This document shows positions 19,571 through 28,658 of a DNA stretch of 46,157 bases, in pieces. The stretch lies in the sequence record SRR20825006_1847, one strand, 5' to 3'. Under the pieces are notes generated by a model. That model saw only the letters and a list, made by a program, of their open reading frames with translations, did not search any database and had not been told where the DNA came from. A program made the position numbers and the translations under genes. How positions within the stretch are numbered: position 1 is the stretch's first letter; every line of letters begins with the position of its first letter.

Positions 19571-20196
19571 AAACGCTACTGGTCGCCAACAGCAAAGGTG
19601 GATCCGGCAAAACCATGACGGCGATCACATTGGCCGCGGCGTTGAAAGCGGCGGGGTTCAAGGTCGCTTTGGCTGATGCCGACCCGCAACAATCGGCGCG
19701 CCAATGGGGCAAACGCCGCTCCGCCTATGCGCCACATATCCCCTTGCTCGATTGGTCCGGCACGGCGCGGCCTTCGGTGCCCAAAAAGACCGAATGGCTG
19801 GTGATCGACAGCGGCGCGGGGCTTGGCGCGGAAGAGGCAAAACCGTTTTTGAAAGACGCCGATGTCATGGTCACCCCGGTGATGGCCTCGATGTTTGACG
19901 AATTGGCGGCCAAAGGGTTTTTGAAATCCCTGCGCGAGATCAAACAGATCAAAAAAGGCAAAATCGACATCCTGCCCATTGGGTCACGGATTGATCCAAG
20001 GCGCAAAGATGCACGGTTGTTAAAGGAATTCCTGGCGGCCAATGGTCAAGAGCTTGTGACCATGATCTCGGAACGCGCCGCCTATGTCGATTTGGCCCGC
20101 GAAGGCCTGTCGATTTTCGACCAAAAACAGGCACGATTCACGCCGATCAAACAGCAATGGCAGCCGGTGCTCAAACGCATGGGTGTCAAACTCTAA
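19567..20196 (+). CDS. ParA family ATPase (no N-terminal HTH)
   Basis: Deviant Walker A KGGSGKT, DADPQQS, VIDSGAG. Confidence 0.9.
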   Translation: MKTLLVANSKGGSGKTMTAITLAAALKAAGFKVALADADPQQSARQWGKRRSAYAPHIPLLDWSGTARPSVPKKTEWLVIDSGAGLGAEEAKPFLKDADVMVTPVMASMFDELAAKGFLKSLREIKQIKKGKIDILPIGSRIDPRRKDARLLKEFLAANGQELVTMISERAAYVDLAREGLSIFDQKQARFTPIKQQWQPVLKRMGVKL

Positions 20197-20359
20197 ATTC
20201 AGGCGCTCTGGCCCACAGATTTTGCCCTCTGGCCGCATGACGAAGCAGTAAGAATCGGCCAATCTGCCCCGGCAAAGACGGGTCAGTCGCGCGACTGTCA
20301 TATTCGCGACACAGCTCGGCGCTACCTCCATGCAACACCGCTTAGAGGACACTACGCGC

Positions 20360-21304
20360 ATGATCCCATCCGCCTTCACCGCCCCCGGCCGTTTTTATCG
20401 CGGCAATCTTCACACCCATTCCACGCTCTCCGACGGGATATTGGACCCTGCCGAGGTCTGCCGTCGCTATAAAGCCGAGGGCTATGATTTCATTGCCCTG
20501 ACGGATCATTTCGTCGGCGTTTACAACTATCCACTGGCCGACACTGTGCCATTCCGCGATGACGCGTTTACCACGATCTTGGGTGCTGAATTGCATTCGG
20601 GCGCGATGGAAAATGGCGAGCTTTGGCATATTCTCGCGGTCGGCCTGCCCGCCGATTTCGCGCCCTCCAACAGCCCGGCCTTTGTGCCCGTGGAAGGCCA
20701 AGAAACCGGCCCCGAACTTGCCCAACGCGCCCGTGACGCAGGCGCTTTTGTCGCCGTGGCACATCCGCAATGGTCGGGCATGTCGCTCGCAGATGCGCGC
20801 TCCATCGAGGCCGCCCATGCGGTCGAGATTTACAACCACGGCTGTGCCATGGGCTGTGATCGCGCAGATGGGGCGTTTTATGCCGATTTGTTGCTCTCGG
20901 AAGGTCGCGACCTGACCCTGATCGCCACCGATGACGCACATTTTTCCGAGCCCGACCATTTCGGCGGCTGGGTCATGGTCAAATCCGAAGAGAACACCCC
21001 GGAAGCACTTTTGGAGGCGCTCAAACGCGGCGATTTCTATAGCTCGCAAGGCCCGGAATTGCGCCACGTCGAGGTAAGCGACAAAGCGATGACGGTGCAG
21101 TGCAGCGCCGTCTCCTCCGTGATCGTGCAGGGCCATGGCAGCGCCGCCACCGCCGTCCACGGCGCAAGCCTGACCCAAGCAGAGGTGCCGTTGGGGCGGT
21201 TTTTCAACAGCCCTTGGCTGCGTGTGACGGTGTTGGATCGGGCCGGAAAACGGGCATGGTCCAACCCAATGCCCAACCCGGCCTATAAAATGCCGAAAAA
21301 ATAG
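20360..21304 (+). CDS. PHP-domain (CehA/McbA-like) metallohydrolase
   Basis: GNLHTHSTLSDG, LTDH, AHP, EIYN, DDAH, GDFYSSQGP, AWSNP. Confidence 0.85.
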   Translation: MIPSAFTAPGRFYRGNLHTHSTLSDGILDPAEVCRRYKAEGYDFIALTDHFVGVYNYPLADTVPFRDDAFTTILGAELHSGAMENGELWHILAVGLPADFAPSNSPAFVPVEGQETGPELAQRARDAGAFVAVAHPQWSGMSLADARSIEAAHAVEIYNHGCAMGCDRADGAFYADLLLSEGRDLTLIATDDAHFSEPDHFGGWVMVKSEENTPEALLEALKRGDFYSSQGPELRHVEVSDKAMTVQCSAVSSVIVQGHGSAATAVHGASLTQAEVPLGRFFNSPWLRVTVLDRAGKRAWSNPMPNPAYKMPKK

Positions 21305-21311
21305 TCATATC

Positions 21312-21338
21312 CGGTCGCGCCTCAAACGGGCGCGACCG
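21312..21338. terminator. Stem-loop between the convergent PHP and RidA genes
   Basis: CGGTCGCGCC-N7-GGCGCGACCG perfect 10-bp stem; the loop contains the RidA stop codon. Confidence 0.45.
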
Positions 21339-21717
21339 CTGTCACTTCGACCTCGACCAAAAACTCTGCACGGGTGAAGCCCGTGACGATGATCAGGGTG
21401 GAGGCGGGTTTGACCGCGACCTGCGCCAACCACGCATCGCGCACCGCCATATAGGTCGCAAAATCTTCGCGCCGGGTGACAAACGCGGAGATGCGGATCA
21501 CATCGGATCGTCCCGCACCCGCCTCTGTCAAAATTGCGTCAATATTGGAGAAACACTGTTCTGACTGGGCTTTCACGCCTTCAGGACAGGTGCCATCGGG
21601 GGCAAGACCTAGTTGACCCGACGTTACGATCACCCGTCCACCCGGACCCGCATCAATCCCATGCGAATAGGCGCCAAAAGGCGCGGCAATACTCGGGGGA
21701 GTCAGGGCTTTTTTCAT
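21322..21717 (-). CDS. RidA/YjgF family imine deaminase
   Basis: PFGAYSHG, SGQLG, PASTLIIVTGF, LVEVEVTA. Start MKKALTP (alternative at 21732). Confidence 0.9.
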   Translation of the reverse strand: MKKALTPPSIAAPFGAYSHGIDAGPGGRVIVTSGQLGLAPDGTCPEGVKAQSEQCFSNIDAILTEAGAGRSDVIRISAFVTRREDFATYMAVRDAWLAQVAVKPASTLIIVTGFTRAEFLVEVEVTAVAPV

Positions 21718-21862
21718 CGTCGGCACATCCATTTGAGATTCGGTCGCGTGCCCTCTGCATGGCAGGTTGTGCCGACAAAGACCCGAATTGTGTACAATGG
21801 CGCATCCGAAATCCCCGTCTGCCGCATGATATTTGACCATCCGGCCAGAAAATCGCCGCAGA

Positions 21863-21887
21863 ATTGAGCAATTCATGTTTGCTCAAT
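21863..21887. promoter_or_regulatory. Perfect inverted repeat in the divergent ridA/ABC promoter region
   Basis: ATTGAGCAA-TTCATGT-TTGCTCAAT; overlaps a CGC-N11-GCA NtrC-like element. Confidence 0.5.
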
Positions 21888-21969
21888 CAAAAGCGCCGCC
21901 CCGCCCTACCCTTCCCCCCGGAACCGCTCGCTAGGATGGTCTTCGGAATTTCACCCACGGAGAATTGAC

Positions 21970-22977
21970 ATGACACTCAAACGCGTCCTCGCGGGGCTGA
22001 CCCTTGCCGCGACCACGTCCACCGCCGCCCTCACGGGGGCGATGGCCGCCGATCTGACCCCGGTCACCTTTGGCACCAACTGGCTGGCTCAGGCCGAGCA
22101 CGGTGGCTATTACCAAGCGGTCGCAGATGGCACCTATGCCGAATGCGGTCTGGATGTGACCATCCAATCTGGCGGCCCACAGGTGAACAACCGCGCCTTG
22201 TTGCTGGCCAATAAAATTCAGTTTCACATGGGTGGCGATCTTTTGCAGGCTTTCAATGCCGCCAAAGAGGGCATCCCGGTTGTGGCCGTGGCCGCCACGT
22301 TTCAAAAACACCCGCAGGTGATCATCGCCCACCCCGGCCAGGCGGACACATTCGCCGACCTGACAAAGCTGACGCTGTTGATCGGCGACAACGGCTTTGC
22401 CTCCTATTACCAATGGATGATGGCCGCCTATGGCTTTACCGCTGAACAGCGCGAACCCTACACGTTCAACCCCGCCCCGTTCCTGGCCGATGAAGGCAAG
22501 GCGATGCAGGGCTACCTGTCCTCCGAACCCTATGTGATTGAAAAAGAGGGTGGTTTTACCCCTGACGTGTTCCTGATCGCGGATGCGGGCTATTCGACCT
22601 ATGCCACCACCATCGAAACCATGCAGAACACCATTGAGGAAAGCCCCGAATCTGTGGCCTGTTTCGTCGATGGCTCGGCCAAGGGCTGGTACAATTACAT
22701 CTATGGCGATCACTCGGCCGCCGATGCGATGATCATGGCCGCCAACCCGGACATGACCCAGGACAAGATCGACTTTGCCATCGAGAAAATGAAATCAGAA
22801 GGCATCGTCGACAGTGGCGACGCGCTTGAGCTGGGCATCGGGGCGATGACCGATGAAAAGATCAAAGATTTCTACGACAAAATGGTCGATGCGGGCGTGA
22901 TCGAGGCGGGGCTGGATTATTCTGCCGCGTACACCTTGGCCTTCACCAACAAAAAGGTCGGGATGGATCTCAAATAA
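21970..22977 (+). CDS. ABC transporter substrate-binding protein, NMT1/THI5 (NitT/TauT) family
   Basis: Signal peptide, FGTNWLAQAEHGGYYQAVADG, GGPQVN, QGYLSSEP. Confidence 0.9.
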   Translation: MTLKRVLAGLTLAATTSTAALTGAMAADLTPVTFGTNWLAQAEHGGYYQAVADGTYAECGLDVTIQSGGPQVNNRALLLANKIQFHMGGDLLQAFNAAKEGIPVVAVAATFQKHPQVIIAHPGQADTFADLTKLTLLIGDNGFASYYQWMMAAYGFTAEQREPYTFNPAPFLADEGKAMQGYLSSEPYVIEKEGGFTPDVFLIADAGYSTYATTIETMQNTIEESPESVACFVDGSAKGWYNYIYGDHSAADAMIMAANPDMTQDKIDFAIEKMKSEGIVDSGDALELGIGAMTDEKIKDFYDKMVDAGVIEAGLDYSAAYTLAFTNKKVGMDLK

Positions 22978-23010
22978 GACCTTTGGCCTGAGACCCTCCC
23001 TGACATCTCA

Positions 23011-23044
23011 CACGGGGGCGCGATCCGTTTGTCCCGCCCCCGTG
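23011..23044 (+). terminator. Intercistronic stem-loop after the SBP gene
   Basis: CACGGGGGCG...CGCCCCCGTG 10-bp stem, typical of mRNA-stabilising hairpins after binding-protein genes. Confidence 0.55.
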
Positions 23045-23067
23045 ATCTCTAAAACCAGCAGGTAAAC

Positions 23068-23874
23068 ATGACCTCCCCCAACATAATTCCGCCCATGGGC
23101 CAGCGCGAAAAGCTCTTGGATATGGTGAATGTCGATAAGGTGTTCAACGGCAATGTCGTGGCCCTCAAAGACATGAACCTGACCGTCAATCAGGGCGATT
23201 TCATTTCGCTTTTGGGGCCCTCTGGCTGTGGCAAATCCACCGCTTTGCGGCTGATTTCCGGGCTGATGCGGCCCACCTCGGGTCAGATTTCGTGGGAGGG
23301 CGGTCAAAACTCTGGCGATCTGGGCGTGGTGTTCCAAGAGCCCACTTTGATGCCCTGGGCCACGGTCGAGCAAAACGTCTGGCTGCCATTTCGCCTGCGC
23401 GGCAAATCGCTTTCGGATGTGCAGGACGAGATCATGTGGGCGCTCAACATGGTTGGCCTTGAGAAATTCCAACGCTCTTATCCGCGCGAACTCTCGGGGG
23501 GGATGAAAATGCGCGTTTCCATCGCCCGTGCTTTGGTCACAGAGCCGCGGCTGATCCTGATGGATGAACCTTTCGCCGCCTTGGATGAAATCACCCGGCA
23601 CAAATTGAACAACGATCTGTTGGACCTCAGAGACAAATTGAAATGCACGGTGATTTTCGTCACCCATTCGGTGTTTGAATCGGTGTTTCTTTCGGATCGC
23701 ATCGTTGTCATGGCGGCGCGTCCGGGGCGGGTGTCCTCGGAGGTCACGGTCGATGCGCCCTACCCGCGCACCGAAGACTTCCGCACCTCCGCCGCCTATG
23801 CCGACCTGTGCCGCAAGGCCTCGGACGCATTGCACGGCGCAATGAATCAACATGGCGCGAGGGCTTCCGCATGA
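23068..23874 (+). CDS. ABC transporter ATP-binding protein (NitT/TauT family)
   Basis: GPSGCGKST, VFQEPTLMPW, LSGGMKMR, LMDEPFAALD. Confidence 0.95.
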   Translation: MTSPNIIPPMGQREKLLDMVNVDKVFNGNVVALKDMNLTVNQGDFISLLGPSGCGKSTALRLISGLMRPTSGQISWEGGQNSGDLGVVFQEPTLMPWATVEQNVWLPFRLRGKSLSDVQDEIMWALNMVGLEKFQRSYPRELSGGMKMRVSIARALVTEPRLILMDEPFAALDEITRHKLNNDLLDLRDKLKCTVIFVTHSVFESVFLSDRIVVMAARPGRVSSEVTVDAPYPRTEDFRTSAAYADLCRKASDALHGAMNQHGARASA

Positions 23875-24725
23875 GTTTGACCGATATGAACCCACCGCTG
23901 GTGGTCGACGAAGAAGAACTGCGCCACGCCCGCGCCCAAAAACGCGAGCGCATCGCCAAATGGGTCCTGCCCGTTGTGGTGATCGCTCTTGCGATTTTCA
24001 TGTGGGATCGGATCGTGGTCTGGAATGACATCCCGCATTACATTTTGCCCGGTCCCGGCCTTGTGATCACAACCCTGATTGCCGATTGGGGCATGTTGTC
24101 CTCTGCCCTTGTTGTGACGTTGAAAATCACTTTGGCCGCTCTGTCGGTGGCGGTGATCGGCGGCGTGGGGCTGGCGATCCTGTTCACCCAATCGCGCTAT
24201 TTCGAGATGTCGTTTTACCCGTTCGCGGTGATCCTTCAGGTCACGCCCGTGGTCTCGATCGCGCCGTTGATTTTCATCTATGTCGAAAACCGTCTGGCGG
24301 GCCTGTTGCTTTGTGCGTGGATCGTGGCGTTTTTCCCGATCCTGTCCAACACCACGCTGGGCCTCAATTCCACCGACCATAACCTGCGCGATCTCTATAA
24401 AATCTACGGCGCGACCCGGTGGCAACGCCTGCGCTATCTGCAACTGCCGACCGCGCTGCCGTATTTCTTGGGCGGGCTTCGCATTGCCGGGGGTCTGTCC
24501 TTGATCGGGGCAGTGGTGGCCGAATATGTCGCGGGCACGGGTGGCATCGGATCGGGTTTGGCGTTTCGCATCCTTGAGGCGGGGTATCGCCTCAACATTC
24601 CGCGCATGTTCGCGGCGCTTCTTTTGATCGCGGCCACAGGCGTCGTGATCTTTACCGCAGCCTCGCTTTTAAGCCACGCGCTGCTTCACAAATGGCACGA
24701 AAGTGCGATCAAACGGGAGTCATAA
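23871..24725 (+). CDS. ABC transporter permease (NitT/TauT family)
   Basis: QVTPVVSIAP, FFPILSNT, LIGAVVAEY. ATG overlaps the ATPase stop (ATGA). Confidence 0.93.
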   Translation: MSLTDMNPPLVVDEEELRHARAQKRERIAKWVLPVVVIALAIFMWDRIVVWNDIPHYILPGPGLVITTLIADWGMLSSALVVTLKITLAALSVAVIGGVGLAILFTQSRYFEMSFYPFAVILQVTPVVSIAPLIFIYVENRLAGLLLCAWIVAFFPILSNTTLGLNSTDHNLRDLYKIYGATRWQRLRYLQLPTALPYFLGGLRIAGGLSLIGAVVAEYVAGTGGIGSGLAFRILEAGYRLNIPRMFAALLLIAATGVVIFTAASLLSHALLHKWHESAIKRES

Positions 24726-24734
24726 GGAACCTGA

Positions 24735-26030
24735 ATGAGCTTTTGCGTTCTGCCCAGCGGCGCGAAGATACTTGAAAACGTCACCCTCCCGGCCTGCCTT
24801 ATGGGCCTTGAGGGGGATCTTATCCAAACCAACCTGACCATTGCAGATGGCAAGATCACATCAACGGACGCTGGAGCCTCAGCCGAAACTGTGATCCCCA
24901 GATTTGATATGAAAGGCGCAATGGTCTTTCCCTGTTTTGTCGATATGCACACGCATTTGGACAAGGGGCACATTTGGCCACGGGCCTCAAACCCGGACGG
25001 CTCTTTCATGGGCGCGCTCAACACAGTGCGTGCAGATCACGGCAATTGGACGGCCGAGGATGTCGCCGCGCGGATGGATTTCGCCCTGCGCTGCGCCTAT
25101 GCCCATGGCACCAAGGCGATCCGCACCCATATCGACAGCCTGGACAATCTCGCCGCCTCCTCCTTTGGCGTGATTGCCGAGATGCAGGACAGATGGCGTG
25201 GCAAGATTGAGCTTCAGGCCTCCTGTCTGGTGGCCGTTGACCGGATTTTCCGTGACGAGGGCGATTTCCCCGCGATTGCGAAAATTGTCGCGGAGGGCGG
25301 TCACACGCTTGGGTCGGTCACCTATCCGGTGCCAGACCTGAAAGAGCGGCTGTTGGATTTCTTTCACTTCGCGATACTCTATGATTTGGACGTCGATTTT
25401 CACGTCGATGAAACCGACGATCCCACCTCGGACACGCTGCGCACCATCGCCGAAACCGTTTTGGAACTGGGCTTTAAAAACGCCGTCACCGTGGGGCATT
25501 GTTGCTCAATCTCGGTGATGCCGGAGGAAACCGCGAACGAAATCATCGCGCTGGTGGCCGAGGCCGGGCTCAACGTCGTCTCCCTACCGATGTGCAACAT
25601 GTATCTGCAAGACCGCACTCCGGGCCGCACACCGCGGTGGCGCGGTGTGACCATGGCGCATGAGTTGAAAGCCGCCGGGGTCAACGTCTCCTTTGCCTCG
25701 GACAACACCCGCGATCCGTTCTACGCCTATGGCGATCTCGACATGATCGAGGTCATGCGCGAAGCCACGCGGATTTGTCATTTGGATCATGGCCGCACCG
25801 ATTGGACCGAGGCCTTCCTCACCAATCCGGCCCGTGCCTGTGGCTTTGACGCCCCCTCATTGACCATCGGCGCCCCTGCCGATCTGGTCCTGTGCAACGC
25901 ACGAAACTGGACCGAGCTTTTCGCCCGTCCACAGGCCGACCGGGTGGTTTTACGGGACGGAGATCCCATCGACCGCAGCCTGCCGTCCTACAGTGAACTC
26001 GATCAAATTGTGAGCAAATCCCATGTCTGA
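24735..26030 (+). CDS. Cytosine deaminase-like amidohydrolase (possible pterin deaminase)
   Basis: HTHLDKGH, IRTHID, FHVDET, GHCCS and SDNTRDPFYAYGDLD metal-centre motifs. Confidence 0.85.
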   Translation: MSFCVLPSGAKILENVTLPACLMGLEGDLIQTNLTIADGKITSTDAGASAETVIPRFDMKGAMVFPCFVDMHTHLDKGHIWPRASNPDGSFMGALNTVRADHGNWTAEDVAARMDFALRCAYAHGTKAIRTHIDSLDNLAASSFGVIAEMQDRWRGKIELQASCLVAVDRIFRDEGDFPAIAKIVAEGGHTLGSVTYPVPDLKERLLDFFHFAILYDLDVDFHVDETDDPTSDTLRTIAETVLELGFKNAVTVGHCCSISVMPEETANEIIALVAEAGLNVVSLPMCNMYLQDRTPGRTPRWRGVTMAHELKAAGVNVSFASDNTRDPFYAYGDLDMIEVMREATRICHLDHGRTDWTEAFLTNPARACGFDAPSLTIGAPADLVLCNARNWTELFARPQADRVVLRDGDPIDRSLPSYSELDQIVSKSHV

Positions 26031-27438
26031 CATGAAACCCAATATCGCCGCCGCCAAGGCCGCGCTGTCCCATATTGAAATGGACGAAAGCCCCGTCACC
26101 ATCCGCAACAAATCCCGCGATTTCTTTTGGTATTCGCCGGTTCTTAAGGCGGAAATGGACCATTTGGAGGCCGATTTCGTCGTCAATCCAAAATCCGAAG
26201 CCGAGGTGATCGAGGTCCTCAAGGTCTGCTATGCCCATGACGTCCCCGTCACCATGCGCGGCGGCGGCACCGGCAATTACGGCCAAGCCATGCCCTTGGC
26301 GGGCGGCTGTGTCATGCACATCACCGGCATGAATAGGATCAAAGAGATCGGCCAAGGTTATGTCATCGCCGAACCCGGCATCATCATCAAAGAGCTCGAC
26401 GCCGAACTGAAAGAAAAATCCGGTCAGGAATTGCGCATGTTCCCCTCGACCTATTCCCAAGCCTCGCTTGGCGGCTTTGTCGCCGGTGGCTCCGGCGGGG
26501 TTGGATCGGCCAATTGGGGTGCGCTGCGCGATCTGGGCAACATCAACCGGTTGCGCATTGTGACCATGGAGGCCGAGCCGCGCGTGTTGGAGTTCACCGG
26601 CGAAGAATTGCACCGGGTCAGCCACGCTTACGGCACCAACGGCATCATCACCGAACTCGAAATGCCGCTCGCCCCCGCCTATGATTGGGTCGAGATGTTC
26701 GTGCGCTTTGACACCTTCCGCGCGGCCACAGAATTCGCCGGGACGCTGACCAAGGAGCCGGGCATCCTGATCAAACTCGCCTCGGTCTATGGCGCACCGA
26801 TTGCGCATAAATATTTCCAGCGCGTCAAAGCCCATGTCACCGAGGACGATCACCTCTGCGGGTTGATGGTCGCGCCACAGTCGATGGACGGGTTCCTGAC
26901 CCTGTTGGCGCGGTTTGACGAGGGCGAGGTGATTTACCGCTCCGACGATGTGGTTTGGGACCGCCACCCCGGTCCGATCTATGAATATGGCTGGAACCAC
27001 ACCACCCTGCGGGCGCTGAAATTTGAGAAAGACCTGACCTATCTTCAGGTCCGTTACGGTGGCGATGTGGACAAGGTCATGGCCGCCTCAGAGGCCTTTG
27101 CGGACAAGCTTTACATGCACCTCGAAGTCATGCGCGAAGGCGGTGGGATTTCCTTTGCTGGCTTGCCCATCGTGCAACCGATGAGCAAGGCGGAGCTGGA
27201 TCAACTGGTCGCCGATCACGAGGCGATGGGCTGTATGATTTTCAACCCGCATCGCTACACCTTGGAAGAGGGCGGACGGCAATCCGCCGACCAGCGCCAG
27301 CTTGATTTCAAACGCGAAGCTGATCCCAAAGGCCTTTTGAATCCTGGCAAAATGATCACCTGGGATGAACCGGATTTCGACTATTCGGATATGTATTCCT
27401 ACAAAGGCATCCTCCCAAAACCTGAGGCCGCCGAATGA
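26023..27438 (+). CDS. FAD-binding oxidoreductase (VAO/GlcD-type FAD-binding domain)
   Basis: RGGGTGNYGQAMP, GGFVAGGSGG, HAYGTNGIIT, C-terminal DPKGLLNPGK. Confidence 0.88.
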   Translation: MSDMKPNIAAAKAALSHIEMDESPVTIRNKSRDFFWYSPVLKAEMDHLEADFVVNPKSEAEVIEVLKVCYAHDVPVTMRGGGTGNYGQAMPLAGGCVMHITGMNRIKEIGQGYVIAEPGIIIKELDAELKEKSGQELRMFPSTYSQASLGGFVAGGSGGVGSANWGALRDLGNINRLRIVTMEAEPRVLEFTGEELHRVSHAYGTNGIITELEMPLAPAYDWVEMFVRFDTFRAATEFAGTLTKEPGILIKLASVYGAPIAHKYFQRVKAHVTEDDHLCGLMVAPQSMDGFLTLLARFDEGEVIYRSDDVVWDRHPGPIYEYGWNHTTLRALKFEKDLTYLQVRYGGDVDKVMAASEAFADKLYMHLEVMREGGGISFAGLPIVQPMSKAELDQLVADHEAMGCMIFNPHRYTLEEGGRQSADQRQLDFKREADPKGLLNPGKMITWDEPDFDYSDMYSYKGILPKPEAAE

Positions 27439-28040
27439 CCCAGCCCCGCACAGCCACCAAAGGCCGTGTGCTCGTGCTCTACGCCCACCCCTGCCCCGAA
27501 AGCTTTAACGCGGCGGTGCATGAGGTGGTCGTCGGCACGCTGACCGCATCCGGCTGGGAGGTCGATGATTGCGACCTCAATGCCGAAGGCTTTTTCCCGG
27601 TGCTCACAGAGATCGAGCGCCGGGGCTATCATGACGAACCCGCAAACATCGAACCGGTCAAAGACTATGTCGCTCGCGTCAAAGCTGCCGATGCGTTGGT
27701 CATGGTGTTTCCGGTGTGGAATTTCGGCTATCCCGCAATCCTCAAAGGCTTTTTAGACCGGGTGTTCTTGCCGGGGATCAGTTTCAAACTGGTCGATGGC
27801 AAGGTCCGCCCCGGCCTGACCAACATCAAAAAGCTCTACGCCTGCACCACCTATGGCGGCACCCGTTGGCGCGCGATCCAAAACGCCGATCCACCCCGTA
27901 AAACCGTCACCCGTGCGGTGTGGTATGCCTGTGGCATGCCAAAAAAGAAATACATCGGCCTCTACGACATGAACCGCAACACCAAGCCAAAGCTCAAAGC
28001 GCATCTCGAACGGGTGCGGCGCGAGATGGAGGCGTTTTGA
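27435..28040 (+). CDS. Flavodoxin-fold NAD(P)H-dependent oxidoreductase (copy 1)
   Basis: YAHPCPESFN, FPVWNFGYPAILKGFLDRV. Confidence 0.9.
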   Translation: MTQPRTATKGRVLVLYAHPCPESFNAAVHEVVVGTLTASGWEVDDCDLNAEGFFPVLTEIERRGYHDEPANIEPVKDYVARVKAADALVMVFPVWNFGYPAILKGFLDRVFLPGISFKLVDGKVRPGLTNIKKLYACTTYGGTRWRAIQNADPPRKTVTRAVWYACGMPKKKYIGLYDMNRNTKPKLKAHLERVRREMEAF

Positions 28041-28658
28041 ATGCGCGCGCTTGTCATCTACTGCCACCCGCGCGAGACCTCGTTCAACCGCGGCATTCGC
28101 GATTTGGTCCTCACGCGGCTCAGCGCCGCCGGGGCCGAGGTGCGCCTACGCGATCTTTATGCCGAAGGGTTCGATCCGGTCATGTCGGCCTATGATCACG
28201 AGACCTACGAAACCGTGCCGGAGAACCGCAAGCGGGTCGAGCGCGATTGTACCGACCTTGAATGGTGCGACACGCTGATCTTTATCTACCCGACGTGGTG
28301 GTACGGCTTGCCCGCCATGCTCAAGGGCTGGTTGGACCGGGCTTTGGTGCCCGACGTGGCGTTTATCATGCCGAAATCCGAGGGCGAGGACATCAAACCC
28401 GGCCTCACCCATATCACCAAACTGGGCGTGTTTACGACCTGCGGCGCCTCAAAGTGGCTGACCTTTCTGGTCGGCGCGCCGGGCAAGCGCACGTTGATGC
28501 GCGGGCTGCGGATCATCTTGGCGAAACGCTGTAAAACCGCCTTTGCCGCGCATTTCCTGATGGACAGTTCCACGCCTGAAAGCCGCGCCAAACACCTGAC
28601 GCGGGTGCAAAAGCGGCTCGACCGGCTCATTGCTGCCCCAACCCCAAAGGAGGGATGA
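28041..28658 (+). CDS. Flavodoxin-fold NAD(P)H-dependent oxidoreductase (copy 2)
   Basis: YCHPRETSFN, DLYAEGFDP, YPTWWYGLPAMLKGWLDR. Confidence 0.9.
   Translation: MRALVIYCHPRETSFNRGIRDLVLTRLSAAGAEVRLRDLYAEGFDPVMSAYDHETYETVPENRKRVERDCTDLEWCDTLIFIYPTWWYGLPAMLKGWLDRALVPDVAFIMPKSEGEDIKPGLTHITKLGVFTTCGASKWLTFLVGAPGKRTLMRGLRIILAKRCKTAFAAHFLMDSSTPESRAKHLTRVQKRLDRLIAAPTPKEG

Noticed and set aside
19163-20196. Plasmid or prophage partition locus, and the 135-aa version of the upstream ORF
   Set aside because: There is no rep, parB, parS array or phage gene. The long ORF crosses the promoter, and only the last 56 codons look like a protein.
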